Shown here: piece after piece, positions 48,439-58,177 of the stretch
How the letters are laid out: each line of letters starts with the position of its first letter
How positions within the stretch are numbered: position 1 is the stretch's first letter
Made by a program: the position numbers and the translations under genes
Notes under the pieces: generated by a model
The model's input: only the letters and a program-made list of their open reading frames with translations
Database searches by the model: none
Told to the model about the DNA's origin: nothing
DNA from: Anaerolineales bacterium
GTDB lineage: Bacteria > Chloroflexota > Anaerolineae > Anaerolineales > UBA11657
Direction of reading: 5' to 3'
Assembly: GCA_022450585.1 (NCBI GenBank)
Contig: JAKUPR010000007.1
Span: 1-58,524, forward strand
Length of the DNA: 58,524 bases

Positions 48439-50064
48439 ATGAGACAAGTAATCATCGCGGTGATGGCCTCCCTACTTCTTTGGTCCTGCGTCCCATCTAC
48501 AGAAGACACCGATGATATTGCAGGGGACATCGCAACAACTTTGGTTGTGGAAACTGCAGAAGCGGACGCTAAGTTTTCTCAATCATTGCAGCAAACAGAG
48601 ATAGCTACATCGACTAGTGCTGCTACTGGAACTGTCCCTGCTGCTCCAACACAGGCATCTGTGCCTACTTTTACTGAATCCTGGACTTCTACACCAACCA
48701 GTACAAGTACTGCTTATCCTACTCCTAAGGCGACTCAAAATACAATAGCAACGGCAATTCCTACAGGTGATGTAGAAGTAGTTGAGGACTCTGTATCGGT
48801 GGGTCAGATAAATGTTCTTCTTGGCAATTTAAGGTCCGGTCCTGGGACTGAATATGATGTCGTTACTCAGTTGCCGACTGGCACCGAGTTAGATTACATG
48901 GGACGTTCCAATGACTCTGAATGGTTTAAGGTTTCCGTTACATCAACAGGAGAAATTGGATGGGTGTCGCAAATAATTGTCGAACTGGATTTTGAGATTG
49001 ATACACTTGACGAGGTGGTAGAGATACCGCCGTTGCCCACAGCCGCTCTCACCCAATCCCCTGAGCCTACTGTTACTACTGCGCCGGTTGTCAGTGGATC
49101 TACTCAGTTCAGTTTAGGTGGCCAAGTGATTCACGGGGGTCTACTAGCGATTGACAAAATGCAGGCCATGAAAATGAGCTGGGTAAAGCTTCAGAATTAT
49201 GACCTAGGTGGTGCTACAGTGGAGGGTGACATCCAGAACGCGCATAATAACGGCTTGAAGATTCTGGTGAGCATTAAGGACAACGCGGGTCACACACGCA
49301 TTGCGTCTCCGGATTATCAGGAGCAGTTCATACAGTATCTTGAGCGGGTGGCTACGCTTGGTGCAGATGCTATTGAGGTGTGGAACGAACCTAATCTTGA
49401 TCGCGAGTGGCCGGCAGATCAGATGGGAGGCGCGAATTATACTGAGTTGCTAAAGAAAGCATATCCGCGCATCAAGGCGGCGAATCCTAACACGATGGTT
49501 ATAAGTGCTGCCCTATCACCCACGGGAGCATTTTCTGGAGGGTGCGGATCTATTGGTTCTGTTTATGGATGTGACGACAAGCCTTTTCTACAGGATATGG
49601 TCAATGCCGGTGCTCTTAATTATCTTGACTGTGTTGGCATGCACTACAACGAGGGTTTGCTTGCGCCCAGCGCTACTTCTGGTGATCCGCGCGGAAACTC
49701 GGGGCATTACACTCGTTATTTCCGCGGTATGTTGGACACGTATGGGGCTATTCTTGGGGGTGCGCGGTCAATTTGTCTGACTGAGATTGGTTATCTAAGC
49801 GGCGAGGAATGGGGCTATCTGCCCTCAGCGTTTTCTTGGAATCCCGCTAGTCCGGTAAACATGAGCGTGGCGCAGCATGCTGATTATCTTGGCCAGGCGG
49901 TTACTCTGGCACGTCAGACTGGCAACATTCGCCTGATGATAATTTTCAATGTAGACTTTGCTATACTGAAGAGTATGGAGGATGACCCGCAGGCGGGCTA
50001 CTCACTGATACGTCCTAATCAGAGTTGTCCTGCTTGCAGTATAATTTCTGCCGCCATGCCGTGA
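48439..50064 (+). CDS. Lipoprotein: Pro/Thr linker, SH3b and GH-A clan glycoside hydrolase
   Basis: Lipobox LLWSC; NLRSGPGT.Y...GWVS (SH3b); EVWNEPN (acid/base) and LTEIGY (nucleophile). Confidence 0.85.
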   Translation: MRQVIIAVMASLLLWSCVPSTEDTDDIAGDIATTLVVETAEADAKFSQSLQQTEIATSTSAATGTVPAAPTQASVPTFTESWTSTPTSTSTAYPTPKATQNTIATAIPTGDVEVVEDSVSVGQINVLLGNLRSGPGTEYDVVTQLPTGTELDYMGRSNDSEWFKVSVTSTGEIGWVSQIIVELDFEIDTLDEVVEIPPLPTAALTQSPEPTVTTAPVVSGSTQFSLGGQVIHGGLLAIDKMQAMKMSWVKLQNYDLGGATVEGDIQNAHNNGLKILVSIKDNAGHTRIASPDYQEQFIQYLERVATLGADAIEVWNEPNLDREWPADQMGGANYTELLKKAYPRIKAANPNTMVISAALSPTGAFSGGCGSIGSVYGCDDKPFLQDMVNAGALNYLDCVGMHYNEGLLAPSATSGDPRGNSGHYTRYFRGMLDTYGAILGGARSICLTEIGYLSGEEWGYLPSAFSWNPASPVNMSVAQHADYLGQAVTLARQTGNIRLMIIFNVDFAILKSMEDDPQAGYSLIRPNQSCPACSIISAAMP

Positions 50065-50095
50065 ACCATCTGCGAACTAACCATATATCTTGCGT

Positions 50096-50126
50096 AAAAA
50101 GCCGCCAATTTTATTGGCGGCTTTTT
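50096..50126. terminator. Bidirectional intrinsic terminator
   Basis: aaaaagccgccaat-ttt-attggcggcttttt. Confidence 0.85.
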
Positions 50127-50326
50127 GTTGGGTTGACTATTGGTATGGCCACTTTTTTGTGGCCTGATTAAGTGGTATTGGGACGTGCATCTTCTTATGA
50201 TTGACACGATGATGCTGCTCCAGCACGTTGTATACTTGATATAGAGAGGAGTGTCGAGTAGCTTGCGTTAATATTGTAAGTACCCACTTGCGCAAGAGCA
50301 ACTTGGTTCATGGTATTGATCTGATT

Positions 50327-51715
50327 ATGCGTCTTATGAACGCTGTCATCCTGTTCGGGGCCATGCTGTCACTGGCTGTATCTGTGGCCACGGCTGGTGT
50401 TGCAAATGCGGCGCTAGAAACACCGGATCCGGTAATCCATGTGGTGAAGTCTGGTGACAATCTCGGGCGACTTTCAGAGCGGTACGGAATTAGTATAGGT
50501 GCTTTGGCACTTGCAAATGATTTGACCAGCTCAGTTATCCATTTAGGCCAACATTTGGTGATTCCAGATCATGACTCGCCTACGAATCCCGAAGCGAGGG
50601 GTAGTGATCCTAGCCAAGCGATTACCTACGTGATAAGGAGCGGCGATTACCTAGGGCACGTGGCGCAGGAGTATGGTACTACGGTCAAGGCGATAATGGA
50701 CGCCAACAATCTTGCGTCGCCACTAGTCATCACTGACCAGTTCATAAATATCCCGCCTAGGTCAGGCTATGACAATGGAGCTGTGGTTACAATGGATGTG
50801 GCGGAGACCGCAGCTGATAGTGGGGATGAGATCGTAGAACTTGACGATGAAGTCGATGAGCTTGAAGCACGGATGCGTCAGGAGTTGGACAACGCCAATT
50901 ACCCTTACGCTTTCACGGAGTCATCGGCCGAGATAACTAGGGTGTATCAGGATACGGTCACCGGAGAAACGGCCGGTCCGGTTAACGTTGTCGTGGAATA
51001 TTGGACACACGTTAGTGAAAAGCGGTATGAGGATGCATGGGGACTCCTCAGCGACGGTTTTAAGGCGCGGGCACACGATACTGTTTTTGAGGATTACGTC
51101 AATAGTTACCGTGATATGTCACTGTGCAGTGCGGAGGCAAAAAATGTGGAGGTCGTCAGCTATGGTATCGTCCAGACCATTGTTAATACTGATGTGACCT
51201 ACAGGACCGGTGCAGATTGCACTACTCTAGAGTTCAAACTTACCCTTACCTTGCAATCGGTGCAGACTTCTGGAGAATGGAACATAGAGAGGGTTGCAGT
51301 TACCCAATCTGTGGATGAATATGCACTGGAACTGGATCCTAGCAATGGAGAATTGAAGTGGATTGACGTCGATATTAGTGCCCAGCGCGTGTATGCTATG
51401 GTGGGAAACCGCCGCGTGCGTGAGTTCGTTGCATCGACTGGGATTGCTCGCTATCCTACTGTAATCGGGCAATTCGAGGTCTGGGTGAAACTCAGAACGG
51501 ATGATATGCGGGGTGTCGATTTAGGGGTGCCTTGGTACCTGCCTGATGTTCCATATGTGATGTACTTCTTCAGTGATTATGGTATCCACGGCACTTACTG
51601 GCATGACAATTTTGGTACTCCAATGAGTCATGGCTGTATAAATCTGAGCATAGAGGATGCAGAATGGCTTTATAATTTTTCCGAAGTGGGAACAGCAGTT
51701 AACGTACATTATTGA
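50327..51715 (+). CDS. L,D-transpeptidase (YkuD) with two LysM domains and a central alpha/beta domain
   Basis: Signal peptide; HVVKSGDNL and YVIRSGDYL (LysM); WIDVD.S.Q, STG, IHGTYWH...G...SHGCIN. Start uncertain (50288 vs 50327). Confidence 0.9.
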   Translation: MRLMNAVILFGAMLSLAVSVATAGVANAALETPDPVIHVVKSGDNLGRLSERYGISIGALALANDLTSSVIHLGQHLVIPDHDSPTNPEARGSDPSQAITYVIRSGDYLGHVAQEYGTTVKAIMDANNLASPLVITDQFINIPPRSGYDNGAVVTMDVAETAADSGDEIVELDDEVDELEARMRQELDNANYPYAFTESSAEITRVYQDTVTGETAGPVNVVVEYWTHVSEKRYEDAWGLLSDGFKARAHDTVFEDYVNSYRDMSLCSAEAKNVEVVSYGIVQTIVNTDVTYRTGADCTTLEFKLTLTLQSVQTSGEWNIERVAVTQSVDEYALELDPSNGELKWIDVDISAQRVYAMVGNRRVREFVASTGIARYPTVIGQFEVWVKLRTDDMRGVDLGVPWYLPDVPYVMYFFSDYGIHGTYWHDNFGTPMSHGCINLSIEDAEWLYNFSEVGTAVNVHY

Positions 51716-52033
51716 ATTGTTGAAATGGGAAATGGGTATCTATAACATAACGTCCAACGACTTCAAGCCATGGGAAAATGTTGTATTGTCGCTTAGCCAA
51801 TGTTTCGTGCTTTTATCAAGTTGGAATTCGAGCATGACTGCTAACGAATCGGCAGTCACAGAGGATGGGAGAATGGTTTTTTTCTCAGATTCTTTCTAAC
51901 TTTGTCACAGCGGATTACCATGCTCTACATTTTGCTAGATGTCAAATGCAGTTTTCTTTTTGTGTATACTACCTCTTGCTGCCAGAGTAGTGTTTTCCCG
52001 AATTGGTTCAGGCGTGAGATAATATAGATATAC

Positions 52034-52240
52034 ATGGCAATGGCAAGAGTTGAGTGTGACCGTTGTGGGCTGATGTACGATGGTGATCACTGTCATTCTC
52101 GTTGTCCAGGTTGCGGGGCAGAGGTGACGTGCTCAGATGTGACTATATATCTGACTCATCAGGAAAGATTAGGTGTTAGTGCATCCGCGAATAGTAAGGG
52201 TAACGACGGGCGGCACCTGTTCCTGCGTGATCTGCAATAA
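52034..52240 (+). CDS. Small Cys-rich zinc-finger protein
   Basis: CDRCG...HC..RCPGCG....CSD. Confidence 0.6.
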   Translation: MAMARVECDRCGLMYDGDHCHSRCPGCGAEVTCSDVTIYLTHQERLGVSASANSKGNDGRHLFLRDLQ

Positions 52241-52336
52241 GCTGCACCCAATAAATATGCTATCAGTTTTATTTGTTGATTTGACCTCTTTTTTTGAAGT
52301 ATAGTGACTCAACCAACGGGAACATAATTTGAAGAA

Positions 52337-52744
52337 ATGGCTGCATTGGAATTGGAAGAGATATTGAATAAGCTTGCATCTGGGGATAGTATGATTGGGA
52401 TCGACCTGAGTGCGGTAAATTTCAGAGGGGTTGACCTGAGTGGGTCCAACCTATATTTTGCGATGCTCAAGGATGCTGATCTAAGTAAGGCCAACTTACA
52501 GTCGTGTATCCTAGATAGAGCCAACTTAACTGGGGCTACACTGGCTAGGGCTAACCTATGTGGAGCTAGTCTTGAAAAAGCTAATCTATTAAGAGCTAAT
52601 TTTTGGCACGCCAAGTTGGAAGGTGTACAGTGGCAAGGTGCTAACTTAGGATGGACTATTTTCACCGGGGCCACATATGACAAAATGACAAGTTGGCCTG
52701 AAGGGTTCAATCCTGATAAGGCAGGTGCGGTGTTGGTGGATTAA
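52337..52744 (+). CDS. Pentapeptide repeat protein
   Basis: A(D/N)LXX repeats ending in A.YD..T.WPEGF.P..AGA. Confidence 0.9.
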   Translation: MAALELEEILNKLASGDSMIGIDLSAVNFRGVDLSGSNLYFAMLKDADLSKANLQSCILDRANLTGATLARANLCGASLEKANLLRANFWHAKLEGVQWQGANLGWTIFTGATYDKMTSWPEGFNPDKAGAVLVD

Positions 52745-52753
52745 GTTAGGCTT

Positions 52754-53005
52754 ATGAATTTCATGGCGTTTTTCCTAAAAAAATTACTTATATTCGTGAG
52801 GAAATTTGGCAAAGTTCATTTTGCTGCTGGCGTTCTGGATCAGGATCGGGTTTCACCTGGTCCAAATCTGTCTGTCGTGAGGCAAACCAAAGAACAGACC
52901 CAAGAAGACAATTATGATAAGGATTTGATAAAAAACATTGACCGAGTGATGCCGTTTCTTAGCAAGAACGCGGCTATCTTAGATTCGGAGAAGGGCGAAG
53001 AATGA
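52754..53005 (+). CDS. Hypothetical protein
   Basis: ORF 9 nt downstream of the pentapeptide gene; no recognisable motif. Confidence 0.4.
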   Translation: MNFMAFFLKKLLIFVRKFGKVHFAAGVLDQDRVSPGPNLSVVRQTKEQTQEDNYDKDLIKNIDRVMPFLSKNAAILDSEKGEE

Positions 53006-53196
53006 AATAGGGGATTATCAATCCAATTCTTACAAACATCTGGAAAGTTTTCAGGCTCTTTACAATCGAGGACACTGAAGATTTACAGACGTGTGCGGCA
53101 CTGCTTGTTCTTCACCAGACCGTTATAGACTAAAGTACTGGAACCGGGTTGCTCCCTAGAAGTTGAGCAAGCGTGTCTTATACTTTCTCCACTGGC

Positions 53197-53841
53197 TTAT
53201 GGCACTCGATAGGCTATCAAAAGTCCGTCGCGAATAGGAACAATTGAACTGATCCACTTTGAGCTAGCGTTTACAAGGGCGGTAAGCTCTCGGACCCCTT
53301 TTGTAGCTTTCGAATGGTCACTTTCTTCTAATACGTGACCCCCTCGAAACATGTTGTCCACAATTAATATCCCTCCGGGGCGAAGGCGTTGTTCAATAAT
53401 CGGCAGCGATTTTGGATAATCCTCTTTGTCTATGTCATTGAAAATAAGGTCAAATTGACCTGGGGTAGCATCGAGTGTTTTCACTGCTTCTGCCACATGG
53501 TATCGTACAATTTTCGCGTAACCAAGTCGACTCAGATGCGTGCGTGCTTGACCGCTTAGGTCCTCGTCCCAGACTACGTGGTGTACTGTTCCGCCGCCGT
53601 TCTCATGAATTGCTCTAGCGAACCATGCTGTTGAGTACCCATAACCTGAACCCAGCTCGAAGATGTTCTTGGCACCAATCATTCTGGCCATTTGGTAGCA
53701 GATGTTGCCTGCTATGGGTCCAATGATTGGAAATCCAGTCTTGCTTGCTTCCTTCTCCATGGTATACAGCTCATCCGCACGCTCAGGAAGCTGCTGGAGC
53801 ATGTAATTCTGTATATCAGAAAAGTCAAGTGAAATAGTCAT
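53197..53841 (-). CDS. O-methyltransferase (Methyltransf_3/YrrM-like)
   Basis: FPIIGP..G, ELGSGYGYS, FDLIF.D.DK..Y, LRPGG...DN, P.RDG. Confidence 0.88.
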   Translation of the reverse strand: MTISLDFSDIQNYMLQQLPERADELYTMEKEASKTGFPIIGPIAGNICYQMARMIGAKNIFELGSGYGYSTAWFARAIHENGGGTVHHVVWDEDLSGQARTHLSRLGYAKIVRYHVAEAVKTLDATPGQFDLIFNDIDKEDYPKSLPIIEQRLRPGGILIVDNMFRGGHVLEESDHSKATKGVRELTALVNASSKWISSIVPIRDGLLIAYRVP

Positions 53842-54016
53842 ACACTAACTATACACCGCCCTCCAGTTTGTCTGCAAGCATGGCAATGTAAGGTTTTGTG
53901 GAGGAAATACCAAGAAAACCTATCACTCAATTTCCTTGGTGTTTGAAGGCTACTGCCTTTCATACAGTAAGGGCACAAACTCAACCTAGATCTCTGATAG
54001 CTACTGCTTCCTCCGA

Positions 54017-54055
54017 AATAAAACAGCTCTGGGTATTTCCCAGAGCTGTTTTATT
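54017..54055 (-). terminator. Perfect 17-bp inverted repeat; intrinsic terminator
   Basis: aataaaacagctctggg-tattt-cccagagctgttttatt, 6 nt past the stop of 54062..54691. Confidence 0.85.
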
Positions 54056-54061
54056 CTCCAG

Positions 54062-54691
54062 TTACATCTTTTTCGCAAATGCCCTACTTACTCCGTAAAT
54101 AGAAAGTGGCCACAAGATAAGCCCGCCTGCCAACCAAAACGGAATTGCTATGTTCGGGTTAAGTCCAAGTGATTGACCGAAGAAACTAAGTACATGAAGC
54201 AGGATAAACAGGCCTGCGGCAAGTCTCCCAGCGATGACGGCATATCTCGGCAGCAGTTCACCGCCATCAGCATCTATCGCCGTCCACCACCAGATAGACA
54301 ATAGCACAAAGCTACCAAAATTAAAAAGATTCATGATCTGATCTACTTCCGTTGCAGAGATTGGCGCACTCCATACGCTTTGTGCCGCTGCAGTTGGTGC
54401 CAAATCCCTTATGGCCCACATGGTGCCAACCACAATCATTATCATGCTCATCACTCTAAACACCGGCTTGTCGTCAGCCACTAATAGTTTCATCAATAAA
54501 ACAACTGTGAACACCGTTGCGATGTCTTGCACGAAATTAACAATGTTGCTGAGTGGTCCCCATGTGGGGTTGTACCCATTTCCGCCGTCAATGCCTATTA
54601 GAACCACTGGAATAAGAATACTCAATATCAATCCTGCTGCGGCTACTACAGCCATATTTCTTCCCAACTTAGCTTCTGCTGATGTAATCAT
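54062..54691 (-). CDS. Hypothetical membrane protein (about 6 TM)
   Basis: SD GAGGA, hydrophobic helices, own terminator. Confidence 0.75.
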   Translation of the reverse strand: MITSAEAKLGRNMAVVAAAGLILSILIPVVLIGIDGGNGYNPTWGPLSNIVNFVQDIATVFTVVLLMKLLVADDKPVFRVMSMIMIVVGTMWAIRDLAPTAAAQSVWSAPISATEVDQIMNLFNFGSFVLLSIWWWTAIDADGGELLPRYAVIAGRLAAGLFILLHVLSFFGQSLGLNPNIAIPFWLAGGLILWPLSIYGVSRAFAKKM

Positions 54692-54863
54692 GTGTTTTAT
54701 CCTCTTAAGTGTTTATTGTGTCAAATTGGCAATTCAATTGCATTATATGAATGAATTCTAAACAGCACAAATCCGGAGTCAGTCCTATAGGTGAGGTGCA
54801 CTTTTTGTTATACTCTTTTCGTAAATACTGTTTCTCATGCTGATATTTAGGACTGGAGACAAC

Positions 54864-54992
54864 ATGAATACATCGATTGTGTTTGGACTTCTCGCTTGTG
54901 TTTTGCTTGGTCTGGAACAATATATCCGAAAACTCCCGGGTGCAAATTCCGTCAATGAACATCTGGCAATTCTTATGCTAGAGGTGAGATGA
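54864..54992 (+). CDS. Putative small single-TM protein, 42 aa (MNTSIVFGLLACVLLGLEQYIRKLPGANSVNEHLAILMLEVR)
   Basis: SD GGAG, upstream TGtTATACT (54806-14), ATGA overlap with the next gene. Below the track cutoff. Confidence 0.45.
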   Translation: MNTSIVFGLLACVLLGLEQYIRKLPGANSVNEHLAILMLEVR

Positions 54993-55339
54993 CGCTCATG
55001 TTTTGCACAGAATGCGGAAAAAAACTTAAACCAGACCATCGATTTTGTGGTAATTGCGGCTATGAAGTTGGCGAAACGACTTCAGGAATAGCAGTCACAG
55101 CGGCAGATGTTTATGAAACTGGAATCGCCAAAACTAAGGGGGGTATGTGGCTGTTTTTACTATTAGTGTGGGTTGTTATTTGGGGAGTATTGCAGCTCCT
55201 GAGTGGACTAGTATGGCGAGCTATGTCATATGTGACAGATTTGACCTTGCTAGAACCTAGCGGAGAATTTGTGGTGCCGTTAATCACAGCGTTAGGCGCA
55301 CTGTTTCTAACGTGGAGGGTCTGGCGTAAGCAGATGTAG
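54989..55339 (+). CDS. Zinc-ribbon domain membrane protein
   Basis: MFCTECGK.L....RFCGNCG followed by two TM helices. Confidence 0.8.
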   Translation: MTLMFCTECGKKLKPDHRFCGNCGYEVGETTSGIAVTAADVYETGIAKTKGGMWLFLLLVWVVIWGVLQLLSGLVWRAMSYVTDLTLLEPSGEFVVPLITALGALFLTWRVWRKQM

Positions 55340-55559
55340 TCCACCACTATAACCCATTATTTGGAATTGTTAATGAGGTAAAAAATTAATGGCGCTAAAC
55401 ATGTCACAGTGTCGTCAATGTTCCAAGATTCGCGACAGGAAGAACAAGTGTTTCTTCAGAGCATTCGTTGGGAAGATGACGTCCTAGAAATGGAGGTAAA
55501 TACAGTATTTGCGATGAGGAGGATGAGTGGGATATTGCATAAAGCAGGCACCTAGTGCA

Positions 55560-56033
55560 TCATATGACTTTTTCACCCGTCTGCTCGAGCATGGAGGATT
55601 GGATGACCGCATGCAATTTGACTGGTTCATCCGTCCCAACTCTGTGTTTTCGCCCATTCGAGAGCTGAATCTCGATTGCGTCCAACCCTGAGACATTGTA
55701 CAGCCATCCGTGAGGTGTCAGTCTAATGCCCCAGCCATAGTACCATCGATTCTGGACGATGGTGACTTTTTTTATGTCGGCAATAGCAAACCGCTTTCGG
55801 ATTATTCCTATCCCGAATGTGATGCTAACATACGTGCGTGAAACTTTCACGGTCATAGAATCAAAAAGAAATGCGCAAGTTACCAAAACGACCGAAGATA
55901 GCAGCATAGGTAGAGCGTGACGGAGAGTGGTCCTGAACGCAGTGATAATTCCACTGCCACCAGCAATCACAGCCAATCCGTTCAGGAAGACCCTCTGTAG
56001 TTTTCCTACTTGTGTGTGCTGATATTTGTTCAA
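55560..56033 (-). CDS. Hypothetical membrane protein (2 TM plus PH-like beta domain)
   Basis: Y.HTQ.G, two TM helices, WYYGWGIR....GWLYNVSG.DA.E, GTDEP. Confidence 0.75.
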   Translation of the reverse strand: MNKYQHTQVGKLQRVFLNGLAVIAGGSGIITAFRTTLRHALPMLLSSVVLVTCAFLFDSMTVKVSRTYVSITFGIGIIRKRFAIADIKKVTIVQNRWYYGWGIRLTPHGWLYNVSGLDAIEIQLSNGRKHRVGTDEPVKLHAVIQSSMLEQTGEKVI

Positions 56034-56151
56034 AGTAATATGTATTTAGATAGATGCATATAATTTATTACTCACTCTATGCACTCGACACTTGTTGCTG
56101 ATGGTCATCTCGCTTGCATTGGAAAATCTCAGATCAACCAGCTTTATTGTA

Positions 56152-56646
56152 CTATTTCCATCCTTTTCCAAGACTTACAAGCGCCAGTTCGCGCAGCGCG
56201 TTTAGTTCGCCGACGTGGTGGGTTTCGTGCCAACACAAAATGGTAAATTGCTCGACCACCGTCGCGCCCCTTCTACGGGCGATGTCATGCGGAGTTTTCT
56301 GCTGAAGTCCTTCTGGGTTACTTTCCAGCCATTTACTTAGTGCTTCGAATTCTTGTACTAGCAGCTTTAGCAGCCGTTCCAAGCTAGATGATTTGCTCGC
56401 AGTGGTGATCGGTTTCGAGTTCACTGAATACAGCTTAACCTCGGCTGCGCTCATCTGTTCTTTCTGTCGAATACCAGCTAGCATTTCATCACGGTATAAG
56501 GCGATATGGCCGAGCACCCAGTTCATGCAGTTACTTTCACCGGGCAACTGCAACACGCTTTCAGTTTGGGATAAGCCATCTGTAGCCTTGGCGATAAAGT
56601 CCTGATTGCGCTGTAAAATATAGCTGAAGATCTCTGCTTGATTCAT
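56152..56646 (-). CDS. DinB/YfiT-like protein
   Basis: N...W..GH and HE.HH.G metal-binding pattern; SD GGAG. Confidence 0.85.
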   Translation of the reverse strand: MNQAEIFSYILQRNQDFIAKATDGLSQTESVLQLPGESNCMNWVLGHIALYRDEMLAGIRQKEQMSAAEVKLYSVNSKPITTASKSSSLERLLKLLVQEFEALSKWLESNPEGLQQKTPHDIARRRGATVVEQFTILCWHETHHVGELNALRELALVSLGKGWK

Positions 56647-56717
56647 GTTTGTTTCTCCATATCTGCTCTAATCCATTTTCCTCGGATAAAAAAAGCTCCT
56701 TCTAGAGAGACCGGTTT

Positions 56718-58010
56718 CTAATGTACTTTCCAGGTTAAGCTGCCGTCGGGGTTAAACGGAATCGGTGTCGGTGCACCATCTTGCGATAATGTTGGGTTTC
56801 CGGCCAGTGTTGCCCATAGTGCCTCCGAGGCGTAGAACACGCCCAATTCTGCGGTATTGTGAATCCATGCTACCTGCGCTTGACCGAAATCTGCCTGCCC
56901 GCAGGTTTTGATAGCCAACTGAATTGCAGCGCGATCATGAGGCATAAAAATCGGGATTCGTGAATTAGGGAGTGCTCCCGAAGTAGTCGCATTCACCCAC
57001 ATCGCGTTGAGGTCAATTTGGCGCACGACCCGTTCGGTTGTCACGTCTGCCATACCAATGCCCTGTGCGTTGCCATGCGTCGCGGGCGTCAGGTTCAGTA
57101 CCACTATGCGCTGTACCTGCAGATCGCTTTCAACGTCGTTGAAATAGCGACCGGTTATGTTTGGGTCCATGCCAACACCGGAGATGTTTTTTCCAATTTC
57201 GTATACGACCAATACATCTAAGTGTTCCATTGGTAGCCTTGCCATCCAGGATCGTGCCAGCTGTAGTAGTTGCGGTTCACGTGTCGCCAAAGCGAGTGCC
57301 GGTATAGCCTCTACCAACGATGTCTGTTTGTAGGCATTCTCCACCGCGGCGATCCCGAAACCGAATGGTGTGTTGCGAAGCAAAAGTTCCTGGGCTTCTA
57401 GCAGGTGTGCAGCCATCATTTTAAAACCCCGTTGGTGCATGGCTTGTGCTCCGATGTGTTTGCCGAAGCCAATGCCGAGCATTTTGGTTATTCCGCTTTC
57501 AATCCCACCCCGAAAACCAGTGTGTGGCTTGATGCGACAGATTGGTACCACCAAGTCGGCGGCCAGTGCATGCTTATCGAAATACAGTGGTAGCCCGGTG
57601 CTTAGTTGACCGATCAGTTCCGCCTCCATTGTGGCTCGGATAGGTACGCCCATTTCTTCTTCTGTAACCCCATAGTCTGCCAGCAGTGCGACTTGCCCTG
57701 CTGCGGTCGCGTTCCCATGACTACCCATAGCGGGCACGATAAAAGGTGCACAATCCGCCGCTTTTAGTGCGTCTATTGTTTCTTTCACCAGTGTTGTGAG
57801 CGAGGCAATGCCGCGGCTGCCGACGCCTACTGCTACAGAAAGCCCAGGTCGTAGAAAGTCACGTATTTTCGGTTTCGCAAACTCATTGCGGACACTTTCG
57901 GCGATGTTTATTCCAGCGGGGGCATCAAATCGCTGTCGTACCCGTATCCAATGGGGCATTGGAACTGTAACTAGCTTCTCCCAATAACTGCGCGCGGGTT
58001 TTGTAATCAT
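56718..58010 (-). CDS. Lactate racemase (LarA)-like / DUF2088-type protein
   Basis: VGSRGI, PFIVPAMGSHG.AT..GQ, RIKPHT.F...ESG..KM..IG.GK, GKNISG.GMDPN, HGNA.G.G.AD. Confidence 0.8.
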   Translation of the reverse strand: MITKPARSYWEKLVTVPMPHWIRVRQRFDAPAGINIAESVRNEFAKPKIRDFLRPGLSVAVGVGSRGIASLTTLVKETIDALKAADCAPFIVPAMGSHGNATAAGQVALLADYGVTEEEMGVPIRATMEAELIGQLSTGLPLYFDKHALAADLVVPICRIKPHTGFRGGIESGITKMLGIGFGKHIGAQAMHQRGFKMMAAHLLEAQELLLRNTPFGFGIAAVENAYKQTSLVEAIPALALATREPQLLQLARSWMARLPMEHLDVLVVYEIGKNISGVGMDPNITGRYFNDVESDLQVQRIVVLNLTPATHGNAQGIGMADVTTERVVRQIDLNAMWVNATTSGALPNSRIPIFMPHDRAAIQLAIKTCGQADFGQAQVAWIHNTAELGVFYASEALWATLAGNPTLSQDGAPTPIPFNPDGSLTWKVH

Positions 58011-58144
58011 TGTAATTCACGTCAACAGACTAAAGGAACAAAGTCGGATTGAGCGTTGGTACCTCCTGGGTGGGTAGTTTCACATGTTCAGTGACCACTA
58101 TAGAGCTCCTCGACCTGACAGATATCTGAAATATTTACTAGAAT

Positions 58145-58177
58145 AATAGGGTAAACTGCCAACGGTTTTACCCTATT
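58145..58177. terminator. Inverted repeat, terminator-like
   Basis: aatagggtaaa-ctgccaacggt-tttaccctatt. Confidence 0.5.

Noticed and set aside
55389-55487. 32-aa CxxC ORF (MALNMSQCRQCSK...) with an SD-like gaggt
   Set aside because: Too short and no recognisable family. It could be chance or a gene remnant and is not supportable without homology data.
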